Below the pieces are notes generated by a model. The model saw only the letters and a list, made by a program, of their open reading frames with translations. It was not told where the DNA came from and searched no databases. DNA of 64,000 bases, from the NCBI GenBank assembly GCA_964645485.1, contig CAZXZO010000002.1:57108-121107 (forward strand), written 5' to 3'. This document shows positions 8,271-17,988 of this stretch, piece after piece. Each line of letters starts with the position of its first letter. Position 1 is the first letter of the stretch. Both the position numbers and the translations under genes were made by a program. The stretch is from an uncultured Candidatus Poseidoniales archaeon. GTDB taxonomy: Archaea > Thermoplasmatota > Poseidoniia > Poseidoniales > Thalassarchaeaceae.

Positions 8271-10709
8271 ATGCGCGCCTCGCTGACCCTCTCATCCCTA
8301 ATGCTCATTGGCGTTATGATTCCTCTACTTGCATCCACTACAGCATCAGCATCATCACTTGCAAATGCTGGTGTTGTATCTGATATTGACAGCCATTCAG
8401 TTGGGATGTGGCAAACTTATGATGGCTATTCGGTAGTCGTCAATGAAACAGGTTTCGTAATGGCATTAGAAATAAAAAATGATGGCACAGTGACTGAAGC
8501 ATGGAATTACACATTAAATGTGTCAATTACCAGTGGAGCGATAGATAATTCTCAACACCGACTTGCTTTAGGTACTGATGCTGGGGTTCAGGTGATATCA
8601 ACTGAATTCCATCAATTGCTATATTCAATCAACATCGTTGGAGGTGTTGACTCTCTTGGTTGGGATGGGAATGGTGACTTATGGGTTGGTGATAGAGCCT
8701 ATCGTTATGCGGCAGAGTATGACGACACAGCAGCGACGGGGGTCACAACTCAAACACATCTCATCAAAGTGACAGCAGTACTTGGCATGACAAATGGAAG
8801 TGTGATAACTGGAGGCAGAGATTCAATCGTTAGAGTCTCAGCACCAAATGGCTCTATGGTTCATGAGATGATGGATATTCAAAGTGATGTTGCAGGATTG
8901 TATCTAATCGATGGCGGGGATACTCTAGTTACCACATCTACTACGGGTCAGTTGATAACATATTCAACTTCTGATTGGCAAAAGACTGGGGATATTTATC
9001 TATCCAGTGGCGGAATAATCAGAACAGTAGCCCAAAATTCGGATGGCACTTTAATTGTCGGGACTCACAATGGCCATCTTACAATTTTAAATGGCACTGA
9101 TTTGTCCGAAATGAGTAAATTTTCTTCACTAGGGGAGATTATCAGCGTAAAACTTGGCCAAGATAACTCCTTTTTCTTGTTGGCAACTTTCTCTGACAAA
9201 TCTGATATTATCATGTTCGATTTAGATAGTGATGGAGATGAAGTTGTTGACGCGGTAGATGAATTCCCTAACGATTCAACCCAACAAACAGATTCTGATG
9301 GCGATGGGTATGGAGATAACCAACTTGGAAACAACCCCGATAAATACCCTCAAGACCCGACCCAATGGTTAGATTCTGATGGCGATGGTCGTGGTGATAA
9401 CGCCAGTGGGAATAATGGAGATTTATTTCCATTTAATCCAACTCAACATCAAGATAGTGATGGAGATGGATATGGAGATAACCCATTAGGTCAAGATGCG
9501 GATGCATTCCCAAATGATATATCACAATGGTTAGATTCTGATGGTGACCAATTAGGTGACAACCCAAACGGTACCAATCCAGATGATTGCCCAACATCGG
9601 CTGGGAATTCATACAAGGACAGAAATGGCTGTCCTGATTCAGACAACGATGGCTATAGCGACCCTCGTGGTGATGACCAGGAGTGCTCATCAAATTATCC
9701 AAATGGGGCTGATGCATACCCACAGGATGCAACACAGTGGTGTGATACCGATGATGATAATTATGGAGATAACTTAACCGGAAATAACCCTGATTGGTGT
9801 CCTGCAGAATGGGGTAACAGCACCCGTGGAATCTTTTTCGATACTGAAACTAATATTTATGTCACAATACAGAGATTTGGTTGCATTGACAACGATGGAG
9901 ATGGATACGAAGATAGCGGTGAGCAAGATGGGCTTACCGATTGGTCGAACAACAAGAGTGAATGGGTCGACAGTGACCGGGACGGAGTTGGAGATAATGC
10001 CGACTGGGATGACCTTGACCCTACAGTTAACACGCTTGAACAGTATTGTGTCAAGAACCCAACAGATTACTCTAATTGCGAATCCGTATACATTCCAGTA
10101 GATAATTCAAATAGTGAAGATGAAATGACAGCGAGTGAAAAGCGCTCGAAGTTAATGAAAGAATTCTTGATTTATGGAGGTGGCATTGGAGTCGCTTTGA
10201 TTGCAGGAATTTTAGCAGTGTGGGGATTAGTTGGAATTATTCGGACATCTATCGCAAAGCGAGCACCTGATGCTCAATACAGCCACCAGGATGCGACAAA
10301 AGAGTTGCAAGCATTTGAAGAAGGAGAAGAATTTGAGACTCGCGGTGGAATCACAGAACAAAAAGGCTGGGAGGATGAAAAACTCGGTGATGGAGTTACT
10401 GAGGATGAATTATGGGACCTTGCTGAAGAAATCGAGAAACCATCCTCTGTCCCTGACTCAAGTATGTTTACTGGTGAATCTGAATCACCTACGGAAGAGT
10501 CGGATGACACCTCAGAACCTGAGCCAGAACCTGAGCCAGAACCAGAACCAGTAGCAGTTGAGAGCCAGCCAACACCAGATACATCCGCGACTATTGAAAT
10601 GCCAGAGGGTGCACCTCCTTTACCAGAAGGTGGATTACCAGCGGGTTGGACTACAGAGCAGTGGGTCTACTATGGTCACCAGTGGTGGGATGCAAAGAAC
10701 AAACAATGA
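8271..10709 (+). CDS. Membrane-anchored surface protein: beta-propeller-like region plus thrombospondin type 3-like Ca-binding repeats
   Basis: N-terminal signal-like helix, WD40/PQQ-like strands, many DxDGDGxGDN repeats (~9220-10020), one TM (FLIYGGGIGVALIAGILAVWGLVGII), acidic tail with (EP)n, ending LPEGGLPAGWTTEQWVYYGHQWW. Confidence 0.85.
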   Translation: MRASLTLSSLMLIGVMIPLLASTTASASSLANAGVVSDIDSHSVGMWQTYDGYSVVVNETGFVMALEIKNDGTVTEAWNYTLNVSITSGAIDNSQHRLALGTDAGVQVISTEFHQLLYSINIVGGVDSLGWDGNGDLWVGDRAYRYAAEYDDTAATGVTTQTHLIKVTAVLGMTNGSVITGGRDSIVRVSAPNGSMVHEMMDIQSDVAGLYLIDGGDTLVTTSTTGQLITYSTSDWQKTGDIYLSSGGIIRTVAQNSDGTLIVGTHNGHLTILNGTDLSEMSKFSSLGEIISVKLGQDNSFFLLATFSDKSDIIMFDLDSDGDEVVDAVDEFPNDSTQQTDSDGDGYGDNQLGNNPDKYPQDPTQWLDSDGDGRGDNASGNNGDLFPFNPTQHQDSDGDGYGDNPLGQDADAFPNDISQWLDSDGDQLGDNPNGTNPDDCPTSAGNSYKDRNGCPDSDNDGYSDPRGDDQECSSNYPNGADAYPQDATQWCDTDDDNYGDNLTGNNPDWCPAEWGNSTRGIFFDTETNIYVTIQRFGCIDNDGDGYEDSGEQDGLTDWSNNKSEWVDSDRDGVGDNADWDDLDPTVNTLEQYCVKNPTDYSNCESVYIPVDNSNSEDEMTASEKRSKLMKEFLIYGGGIGVALIAGILAVWGLVGIIRTSIAKRAPDAQYSHQDATKELQAFEEGEEFETRGGITEQKGWEDEKLGDGVTEDELWDLAEEIEKPSSVPDSSMFTGESESPTEESDDTSEPEPEPEPEPEPVAVESQPTPDTSATIEMPEGAPPLPEGGLPAGWTTEQWVYYGHQWWDAKNKQ

Positions 10710-10724
10710 GTTCTAACTGTTTTC

Positions 10725-10985
10725 TCAATGAAAATCAACTGGGATTCGAGTCTTTAATTCCCCTAATTCGGTGCCAGACAAAGCGGGCTTCCCATCTTTT
10801 TTGAGATTATTAACCAGTAACCAGAGTAATGTATTCCAGGTTTTCTTAGTAGCATGCAGTTCGATGGTATTACACGCAGCAAGTTTGAGTAACTTATTCT
10901 CATCACTATCCTTGTTGAACAGTCCGTTCACTAAAGTACCCGAGTTAATCCAATATGCTGGAGCCTGTCCTTTCATTTTTTTCAC
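10725..10985 (-). CDS. Small protein resembling the N-terminal half of a PIN domain (degenerate)
   Basis: GTG start overlaps the stop of the upstream gene (GTGA). YWINSGTLVNGLF...LLKLAACNTIELHAT resembles the PIN beta1-alpha-beta2 pattern, but the catalytic Asp position is Asn and it is only 86 aa. Confidence 0.5.
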   Translation of the reverse strand: MKKMKGQAPAYWINSGTLVNGLFNKDSDENKLLKLAACNTIELHATKKTWNTLLWLLVNNLKKDGKPALSGTELGELKTRIPVDFH

Positions 10986-11224
10986 TCCTGAAATGGTGAA
11001 AGTTCAAGTTTCGCAATTAATCCACTCACATCAATATCATCCATTGATCCAAGTGCTTGTTGAAGGGCATCACTATCCCTACTAATCTGATTGAGTCGGT
11101 GCTCCTTCAATAATTGTTGAAGGAATTCGTCAACACTCTTGTAATTCCCCAATGCTCGCATTGAATTTAGTTGCCTTCTTACCTCAAAACTTACACTAAT
11201 TGATGTCATATCTGGTGAACCCAT
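10982..11224 (-). CDS. Ribbon-helix-helix DNA-binding protein (antitoxin-like or ParG/SegB-like)
   Basis: MTSISVS strand, FEVRRQLNSMR helix, YKSVDEFLQQLL helix. SD GGTGA upstream. Confidence 0.65.
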   Translation of the reverse strand: MGSPDMTSISVSFEVRRQLNSMRALGNYKSVDEFLQQLLKEHRLNQISRDSDALQQALGSMDDIDVSGLIAKLELSPFQE

Positions 11225-11339
11225 TTTATCACTTATTCACCGTGAATCAAGACATCTATAGAAGGATGACGGTTACAAGAAGGAATAAAATTGTGATTTG
11301 CCATATAATCGCTTTACAGCCGATGTATCTTGTAGTACA

Positions 11340-12320
11340 TTATTCAGCTTGTTTTAAGTGATGTAATTTGAGTCTACTCGTCTCGTTTACACCGTATTTA
11401 TAACGTAATTTTTTAACACGGTCTGAGACTTCTTTGGCTAATGACCAATATGCTTGTGAACCTTTATTTTTCTTGGTAGGCTTCTTTAAAATGACAACAG
11501 GAGCGCCTTCTAATGGTGCTTCTGCGATTGAAATTATTCTCGGAATCATTGTTCCAAATACTTGTTTGTCAAAGTGCCTTCTAACTTCAGATGAAACTGT
11601 GTTGCAAAGTCTAGTTTTTTGATACATCGTAAGTGCGATTCCAAATAATTTGAGATGAGGGTTAATTCTTCGTTGAATCAACTTGATTGAATTCATTAAT
11701 TGGCTCATGCCTTCAAGGGCATAATATTCAGTCTGCACTGGAATCAATACCCAGTTTGCTGCAGCAAGGGCGTTAATGGTTAGTAAGCCAAGACTCGGCG
11801 GTGTATCGATAATGATGTAATCAAACTCATGAATTGCGCTTGCAAGCCCCTCTTTCAGCCGAGTTTCTCTACCGATTCTAGTTGCCAATTCAATTTCAGC
11901 ACCCGATAATTGAATGTTTGACGGCAGTAACCACAGATTTTCCACTTTGATATGCTTTGGAACCTTCCTCTCTTTCTTCGCCCCATCTTTTTCGTACCGA
12001 TGTTGGTTTTTCCAAGCCTCACGCATTGAATCAGTCAGTATTTCAGGAGAAATCAAATATTCATCCAAAATAGGGAGATCCTCTCCCAAGTCATTCATCA
12101 AAAGGTCGTATACAGTTCTACCGAGTTTACTTTTATCTACACCAAAAGAAGTAGATGCATTACCCTGAGGGTCAAGGTCTACGAGGAGAACTTTAGCAGG
12201 TTCTACACCCCTAGCAGGATTACCTTCTGCCAATGATGTTGCTAGGTTAACCGCGGTGGTAGTTTTCGCACAACCCCCTTTCTGGTTGGTGCATGCAATG
12301 ACCATTTTGTACGGGTCCAT
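11340..12320 (-). CDS. parA: ParA/Soj family ATPase
   Basis: Deviant Walker A NQKGGCAKTT, DLDPQGNAS, DYIIIDTPPSLG, PVQTEYYALEG. Carries a ~30-aa charged insertion. Confidence 0.92.
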   Translation of the reverse strand: MDPYKMVIACTNQKGGCAKTTTAVNLATSLAEGNPARGVEPAKVLLVDLDPQGNASTSFGVDKSKLGRTVYDLLMNDLGEDLPILDEYLISPEILTDSMREAWKNQHRYEKDGAKKERKVPKHIKVENLWLLPSNIQLSGAEIELATRIGRETRLKEGLASAIHEFDYIIIDTPPSLGLLTINALAAANWVLIPVQTEYYALEGMSQLMNSIKLIQRRINPHLKLFGIALTMYQKTRLCNTVSSEVRRHFDKQVFGTMIPRIISIAEAPLEGAPVVILKKPTKKNKGSQAYWSLAKEVSDRVKKLRYKYGVNETSRLKLHHLKQAE

Positions 12321-12419
12321 CTCTCTCTCCCCCCTCGTGTGGTACGGGCTCTGCTTTGAACCTTAATCATAACCGCGATTGATTGTGTGCTCAAGTGGCA
12401 TAAAAGCCGTCAATCTGAA

Positions 12420-13421
12420 TCAAGCAGTTTGGATTACTGGGACAGGTACTTCAGAGAGAATCTTGCGAGTAATGTGCATGCCTGTGATTCCCCGAATCTT
12501 TGCTTCTGGCTTTAGCATGATTCTGTGACTAATAATTTGGAGTGCAACACCCTTGATGTCATCTGGAATCACATAGTCTCGGCCATCAATTGCTGCTGAT
12601 GCACGACCAGTCTTGAACAATGATTGGCTAGCACGCGGAGAAGCACCGGTGATTACCCTGTGATCTTCACGGGTTCTCTGGACAACTTCAACAATATAAG
12701 AGAGAATTGCTGGGTCTATGTGCACGGTTTCCAGTGCCTTTTGCATTGCCACCACTTTCTTTGGAGAAGTGATTTGTTGAACATCGTGGTCATCCTTTCC
12801 TCGCAATTTTCTGCGAGCTAAAATCGCCTTTTCTTCGGAACGGTCTGGGTAACCCATAGACATCTTCATCAAAAATCGGTCCATTTGTGCTTCTGGTAGA
12901 GGATAGGTTCCTTCTTGTTCAATTGGATTTTGAGTAGCCAATACAACAAACGGTGCTGGTAATTTGTGGGTAATACCTTCGATTGTAACTTGCTTTTCTT
13001 CCATTGCCTCAAGCAGAGCAGCCTGAGTCTTCGGCGGTGCACGGTTTATTTCGTCAGCGAGAAGAATGTTTGAGAATAGAGGTCCAGGTCGAAGTTTGAA
13101 TTCTCCAGCCTTTTGGTCATACATGTAAGTCCCCATAATATCTGAAGGTAGCAAGTCAGGTGTGAATTGAACACGCTTGAATTTACAACCCAGTGCTCTT
13201 GCGAATGTGTTTGCAAGTAGTGTCTTTGCTAGTCCAGGGAAATCTTCTAGCAGCATATTTCCATTGGAGAGAATACCTATACTTACCTTCCTCAAGTTCT
13301 CTTGTTTTCCTATGATGACTTTTGATACTTCATTCATCAATCCGTTTGAAATTGCACTTACAGTTGCAATCAAATCTCGGGTTCGTCCGTCCCCTCCCAT
13401 AGTAGTCTGCATTGCCATCAC
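12420..13421 (-). CDS. moxR: MoxR family AAA+ ATPase
   Basis: EDFPGLAKT, RVQFTPDLLPSDI, LLADEINRAPPKTQAALLEAMEE, ATQNPIEQEGTYPLPEAQMDRF. Confidence 0.95.
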   Translation of the reverse strand: MMAMQTTMGGDGRTRDLIATVSAISNGLMNEVSKVIIGKQENLRKVSIGILSNGNMLLEDFPGLAKTLLANTFARALGCKFKRVQFTPDLLPSDIMGTYMYDQKAGEFKLRPGPLFSNILLADEINRAPPKTQAALLEAMEEKQVTIEGITHKLPAPFVVLATQNPIEQEGTYPLPEAQMDRFLMKMSMGYPDRSEEKAILARRKLRGKDDHDVQQITSPKKVVAMQKALETVHIDPAILSYIVEVVQRTREDHRVITGASPRASQSLFKTGRASAAIDGRDYVIPDDIKGVALQIISHRIMLKPEAKIRGITGMHITRKILSEVPVPVIQTA

Positions 13422-13496
13422 TCCGTTCTACAAAAACCGACCCGCCCAATTCGTACTAAAGGGTTGGGGGTTGAAACATCAACCACAATTCACTGG

Positions 13497-15311
13497 TTAC
13501 CGGCCCCAAAAATGGTCATCACGGCGATGAATAGCAATTATTTCAGCAAGTATTTCTTCCTCAATACTTGAAATACTTAATTTGCGTAATTTCCTGATAT
13601 GTGACTCTGGAACATCAACTAGTAGTACATCGCCTTCATCGACACCTCGGCCAATTGTAATTCCTTCAATAGCCACAGCCAATTCATCGCCCTGTTTTGC
13701 TTCATTCAGAACATGGTCGCCATCCCGTATAGATTTCACCCGGCCTGCCCGTTCTCCCTCAATAGTCAACAGCCGTTGTCCAACGTGAATTCTACCACCC
13801 AACACCCTGACTCCTACAACAGCAGGTCCGGAGCGTCGGAAGATATGGTCTTCCATAATTAAAATACGGCCGGGGTGGATGACATTTTCACGCCCTTCTT
13901 CCTCTAATCTCTTTTTTGTCGCGTCAAGCCATTCGTCATACTCTTCAAGAATATGGTAAATAATATCCGAGCCAACGTGTAAAACATCACAATCATCACT
14001 ACTGAGATCAGCCTGTGCTTCTGCTAGTATACCTGAACTGAAAGTAAGAATTACTCTCTCATACGGGTCGTCAGATACCGCAGCACTTCTGACATCTTTA
14101 CGATTGATTGGGCCAATTGTAGCAGAACGAATTTTAATGTCCCTTGGATTTCCAATAGAATCTTTCATTCCTCTGATTTCAAATGCAAGTGCTTCCAATC
14201 CACCCAATGTATCAGCTTTGATAGCAATTCCTTCTTCGTCTAAATCAATTGAAATTTCACACTCTTCCGCAATATTGTCAATTATTTCCTGGCGTGAGTC
14301 AGCATCAGGGATTACTCGCAGTGTCGTTCCTGCTAAAATAGACTCAATATCAGGTGCACTCAATTTCAATCCAGCCGCTGCTGAAACGGAATTTACAGAA
14401 TCCCATCGGTCGCCTGCATCTCTCATTTCAGACATCCCTCGAGGCGAAAACATGCCTTTGATTTTAGTTACCAGAGGGCCTGTTGGAGTAGCGATTGCAA
14501 TTTCGTCTCCCTTATTCATCGTGCCCCTGTGAAGAATGATGTCCAAGGTTTTTCCAAGCCCCCTCTCATCTTTCATTTCGAGAACTGTTGCTTCTGCACT
14601 CCCCTCAACATCTTCCAATTGATCAGCCAAGAATTTTTCAGCCAATCCAATAGTTACCGCTAGGAGGTCTTGAATCCCCTCACCTTCTTTGGCTGAGCAA
14701 GGTACGAGTGCAATATTCTTCGTAAAATCCGAAATTTGGTCATAGCGTTCAAGATTGAATTCTTGTTCGCCGAATTGGCCAACTAATTGCCAGTATTTTT
14801 GGTCAAAAAGAGCAAGCACATCATCAGTCTGATTTCTCAATGAAAGTGCCATTGCTCTGCCATTTTTGGATTGCCATCCATGGATTCTATCGACTTTATT
14901 GCAAGCAACAACGAATGGAGTTTTTGCTTTCCTCAAGATACGCATTGACTCTAAGGTCTGAGGTTTACAACCATCAACAAGGTCAATTACCAAAATTGCG
15001 ATGTCGGCTAGAGACCCACCCCTAGTACGGAGTGTGGAGAAAGAATGGTGTCCAGGCGTGTCAATAAACAAAAGCCCAGGTGAGTTGAAATTTTTTCCAC
15101 CCATCAGGGGCGCACAAAGGTCGTTAAGAACCTCTGAGGGAACTTCAGTTGCCCCAATATGTTGAGTGATTCCACCAGCTTCTCTTGCCATTACTGACGA
15201 CTGTCTTTCAGAACCTAGAGAGCGAATGTGGTCAAGCAGGCTAGTTTTACCGTGGTCAACATGGCCGAGGACTGCAACAATGGGTTGTCTCCTCTCTTTC
15301 ATCCATGTCAC
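13497..15311 (-). CDS. infB: Translation initiation factor IF-2 (aIF5B)
   Basis: RQPIVAVLGHVDHGKTSLLD, GGITQHIGA, FIDTPGH, NKVD. Conserved position after ndk. No intein. Confidence 0.97.
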   Translation of the reverse strand: MTWMKERRQPIVAVLGHVDHGKTSLLDHIRSLGSERQSSVMAREAGGITQHIGATEVPSEVLNDLCAPLMGGKNFNSPGLLFIDTPGHHSFSTLRTRGGSLADIAILVIDLVDGCKPQTLESMRILRKAKTPFVVACNKVDRIHGWQSKNGRAMALSLRNQTDDVLALFDQKYWQLVGQFGEQEFNLERYDQISDFTKNIALVPCSAKEGEGIQDLLAVTIGLAEKFLADQLEDVEGSAEATVLEMKDERGLGKTLDIILHRGTMNKGDEIAIATPTGPLVTKIKGMFSPRGMSEMRDAGDRWDSVNSVSAAAGLKLSAPDIESILAGTTLRVIPDADSRQEIIDNIAEECEISIDLDEEGIAIKADTLGGLEALAFEIRGMKDSIGNPRDIKIRSATIGPINRKDVRSAAVSDDPYERVILTFSSGILAEAQADLSSDDCDVLHVGSDIIYHILEEYDEWLDATKKRLEEEGRENVIHPGRILIMEDHIFRRSGPAVVGVRVLGGRIHVGQRLLTIEGERAGRVKSIRDGDHVLNEAKQGDELAVAIEGITIGRGVDEGDVLLVDVPESHIRKLRKLSISSIEEEILAEIIAIHRRDDHFWGR

Positions 15312-15331
15312 CTGCCCCTGTAATCAAAAAT

Positions 15332-15790
15332 TCATTCTTCGTAAATCCAATCTTCTGCTGACCGGGTCCAATCTACTAATCCCTCAGCGAACCAAAGTCC
15401 TAATTCAAATTCTGCAGTTTCTTCAGCGTCACTGCCATGGATTAAGTTGTGTCCTATATCCATCGCCCAATCCCCACGAATTGTTCCCGGGGCAGCATCA
15501 CGCCCATTTGTTGGACCGATGATATTTCGAGCCACCTTGATGGCTTCTACTCCACTCCAAGCCATGGCTACAACAGGTCCGGATGTGATGAATTTTAGTA
15601 GTCCAGGGTAGAATGGTCTTTCTGAGTGGACGGCATAGTGACTCGCCGCTAATTCATGAGAGGGTGTCAACTGCTTCAAACCCACCAAACGGAGCCCCTT
15701 TTCCTCAAAACGGGCAATAATCTTGCCAACCAATCCTCTCTGAACCCCATCGGGTTTTACCATCACAAACGTTGTCTGCATATAACTCAC
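15332..15790 (-). CDS. ndk: Nucleoside diphosphate kinase
   Basis: [30 protein letters not shown]. Confidence 0.97.
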   Translation of the reverse strand: MSYMQTTFVMVKPDGVQRGLVGKIIARFEEKGLRLVGLKQLTPSHELAASHYAVHSERPFYPGLLKFITSGPVVAMAWSGVEAIKVARNIIGPTNGRDAAPGTIRGDWAMDIGHNLIHGSDAEETAEFELGLWFAEGLVDWTRSAEDWIYEE

Positions 15791-15848
15791 TGAAGCGGCC
15801 GTGACGCCTCCCCTGTTTAAGCAAAACGCTTGAGCGAACCAAAAATTT

Positions 15849-16040
15849 TCACTGGATGCCGCCTTTCACATAGTGGCGGGTCCACTTTACTTTGCGAGAA
15901 TTTCGCTTCAAATTCACCATGTTCTTGCGGGCTTTACTGCTCTTGAACCACAATACAGTACCGTCCTTACGAACATACATCTGGCCAGTGCCGGGTTCGA
16001 TTTCTTCACCACTAAAAGTGCAAACACGTCGCTCAGGCAT
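15849..16040 (-). CDS. rpl24e: 50S ribosomal protein L24e
   Basis: [27 protein letters not shown]...WT. Start moved to ATG 16040. Confidence 0.95.
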   Translation of the reverse strand: MPERRVCTFSGEEIEPGTGQMYVRKDGTVLWFKSSKARKNMVNLKRNSRKVKWTRHYVKGGIQ

Positions 16041-16041
16041 C

Positions 16042-16257
16042 TTATCGACCTCCGAGTTTACGTGCTTCACGGCCAGTATCACGGAGCATCAACACATCAC
16101 CTATGCGAATTGGGCCCAACACATTGCGAGTAATTATTCGCCCAACATCTCTTGGATTTGGGGCATCATTGACACGAACCTTGACTTGGGTAGCCTCACC
16201 GGTCATACCGGTTCGACCTACAATTTCAACGACTTCTGCCGGCCAACCGTCTGCCAT
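16042..16257 (-). CDS. rps28e: 30S ribosomal protein S28e
   Basis: [22 protein letters not shown]...[15 protein letters not shown]...REAR. Start ATG 16257. Confidence 0.95.
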   Translation of the reverse strand: MADGWPAEVVEIVGRTGMTGEATQVKVRVNDAPNPRDVGRIITRNVLGPIRIGDVLMLRDTGREARKLGGR

Positions 16258-16267
16258 CAAAGTCACC

Positions 16268-16648
16268 TCAGTTTCCTGCTAATTCCTTAGCAGATGCAAC
16301 TACGCCCTTGAATTCGTCTGCTGCTCCATCCATCTCAATCACTGCGATTGCTGATGTTGGGCGCCCAACTGGAAGTCCAGCTGCCTCTCCAAGGTAACTT
16401 TGGTCCTTGACATAAATGTAAGGGATACCACGTTCTTTACAGATCATTGGGATTGGAACCATCATTTCTCCAGGGTTGACATTTTCAGCCATAATTACGA
16501 GCTTAGCATCGCCTCGCTCGCATACTTTGATGACCTCATTCATCCCCTTCTTGAAGTGGCTTCCGCTCTCCTTCTCAATCTTCTTCACAAACTCATAAAC
16601 CATGTCCTGCACATCGGCAGGTGTTTCAAAATCAATATGTACGCTCAT
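16268..16648 (-). CDS. rpl7ae: 50S ribosomal protein L7Ae
   Basis: [32 protein letters not shown]. Start ATG 16648 after SD AGGAGGA. Confidence 0.93.
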   Translation of the reverse strand: MSVHIDFETPADVQDMVYEFVKKIEKESGSHFKKGMNEVIKVCERGDAKLVIMAENVNPGEMMVPIPMICKERGIPYIYVKDQSYLGEAAGLPVGRPTSAIAVIEMDGAADEFKGVVASAKELAGN

Positions 16649-16738
16649 AGGATTCTCTCCTCCTGTAGGTGTTCCGCCGAGGGCGTGGTCTGTATAAACG
16701 CACCGCATGGTGTAGTGAGGGGTATTTCGGGAGACTGC

Positions 16739-17683
16739 TCAAAGATTCAACCGCTCACGCAACTGCTCAACACCCCTTGCCAAAGCAGCAGCGGATGAGA
16801 CAAGAGCGCGTGGATTGCTTGCAATAGAATCTGTTGCATGCACCCCACTCACATGGTCATCAAGTCTGGTAATGGCCCCGCCAGTAAACAAACCGTGTGT
16901 ACATGCTGCATGAACTTCTTTTGCGCCTTGGGAAAGCAAAGCATCACTAGCTTTGCATATTGTTCCTCCTGTACTAATCATATCATCCACTATTGCAACA
17001 ACTGAACCTTCGACATCCAAGTCTTTTGGCTTGTGTTGAATCGTGTGCGCATCTATTCTTATCTTCTCGAGATATGAGAATTTGCAACCTATTAGATTTG
17101 CAACATGAGTCGCTCTTTCGACTGCGCCTTTATCAGGACTTAGAATAAAGTCTGGATTAACATTGATTTTGAGGTGTTCAGCAATTTCGGGCATTGCAGA
17201 TACAAATTCAACAGGAGTATCGATATCATCCAATACTGAAGGTGCATGTAAATCCAAAACGATTAATCCGTCGATATGTCGTGCTAATAGACGTACAATT
17301 AGAGAAGCAGAGATAACTTCTCCCTGCTGAAATCTCTTGTCTTGCCTACTATATCCAAAGTAAGGAACTGCAAGAAAGATTCCCGGGCCAACGTCCGTAA
17401 GATTTTCTGGCCCTTCACCCATCAGGTTTTGGAGATTTCCTGACCGAACGTCATGAATCGCTTCTAGCATTAGTAATGCCTCAACTATTCCGTCATCAGG
17501 AAAAGTTGTAGCAACTACAACAACCGGTTCAGAGCGAACCGCATCAATACTTTTTGCAGGCACCCGAACATATGCCTCTGAGTCTGGAAATCGCCTAGCA
17601 ACTAATTCATGATGTTCCAAACCCAAACGTTTTGCTAATGCAGATGCAAGATCTCCATCAATACTTCCTGAAACTACTGGCAG
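16739..17683 (-). CDS. prs: Ribose-phosphate pyrophosphokinase (probable CTG start)
   Basis: RRFPDSE, YFGYSRQDKRF, PDKGA, IVDDMISTGGT. The frame extends upstream as LPVVSGSIDGDLASALAKRLG to CTG 17681-17683, preceded by GAGGGGAG. Confidence 0.92.
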   Translation of the reverse strand: MPVVSGSIDGDLASALAKRLGLEHHELVARRFPDSEAYVRVPAKSIDAVRSEPVVVVATTFPDDGIVEALLMLEAIHDVRSGNLQNLMGEGPENLTDVGPGIFLAVPYFGYSRQDKRFQQGEVISASLIVRLLARHIDGLIVLDLHAPSVLDDIDTPVEFVSAMPEIAEHLKINVNPDFILSPDKGAVERATHVANLIGCKFSYLEKIRIDAHTIQHKPKDLDVEGSVVAIVDDMISTGGTICKASDALLSQGAKEVHAACTHGLFTGGAITRLDDHVSGVHATDSIASNPRALVSSAAALARGVEQLRERLNL

Positions 17684-17860
17684 GCGCTCCCCTCAAACAC
17701 TCCGACTAGTGGGACCTTCATGTCCTTTGTGTGTAAATTATGGGTAATAGAATTGAGTAAGTTTAGTTGGGTAATATCTAATGACACCCCTGGTTGTAAT
17801 TTGAGTGGCTGTTTTTTCAAAAACAAAAGGGGAAAAATCACACCTCGAGAAATTGAAGAG

Positions 17861-17935
17861 TGGACGAGGCAGGATTTGAACCTGCGACCTCCCGGTTATC
17901 AGCCGGGTGCTCCAACCAACCTAAGCTACCCGTCC
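17861..17935 (-). tRNA. tRNA-Ile (anticodon GAT)
   Basis: Minus strand: GGACGGG...CCCGG-CTGATAA-CCGGG...GCAGG-TTCAAAT-CCTGC-CTCGTCC-A. CCA not encoded. Confidence 0.97.
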
Positions 17936-17988
17936 AAGGGTGAGCCGCGCCACCGAGGGGTTGAATTAAACGGTTCCGATTCGGAATC

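Noticed and set aside
10512-10550. GAACCTGAGCCA/GAACCA tandem repeat as a contingency locus
   Set aside because: In-frame (EP)n linker with unit lengths that are multiples of 3, typical low-complexity sequence.
13497-15311. Inteins in IF-2 (also checked Lhr at 46472-49501 and UvrB)
   Set aside because: Motif spacing is continuous, with no C...HN splice motifs or LAGLIDADG blocks.
16649-16738. K-turn autoregulatory element in the rpl7ae leader
   Set aside because: Known in other archaea, but I find no box C/D-like tandem GA pairs in this short leader.
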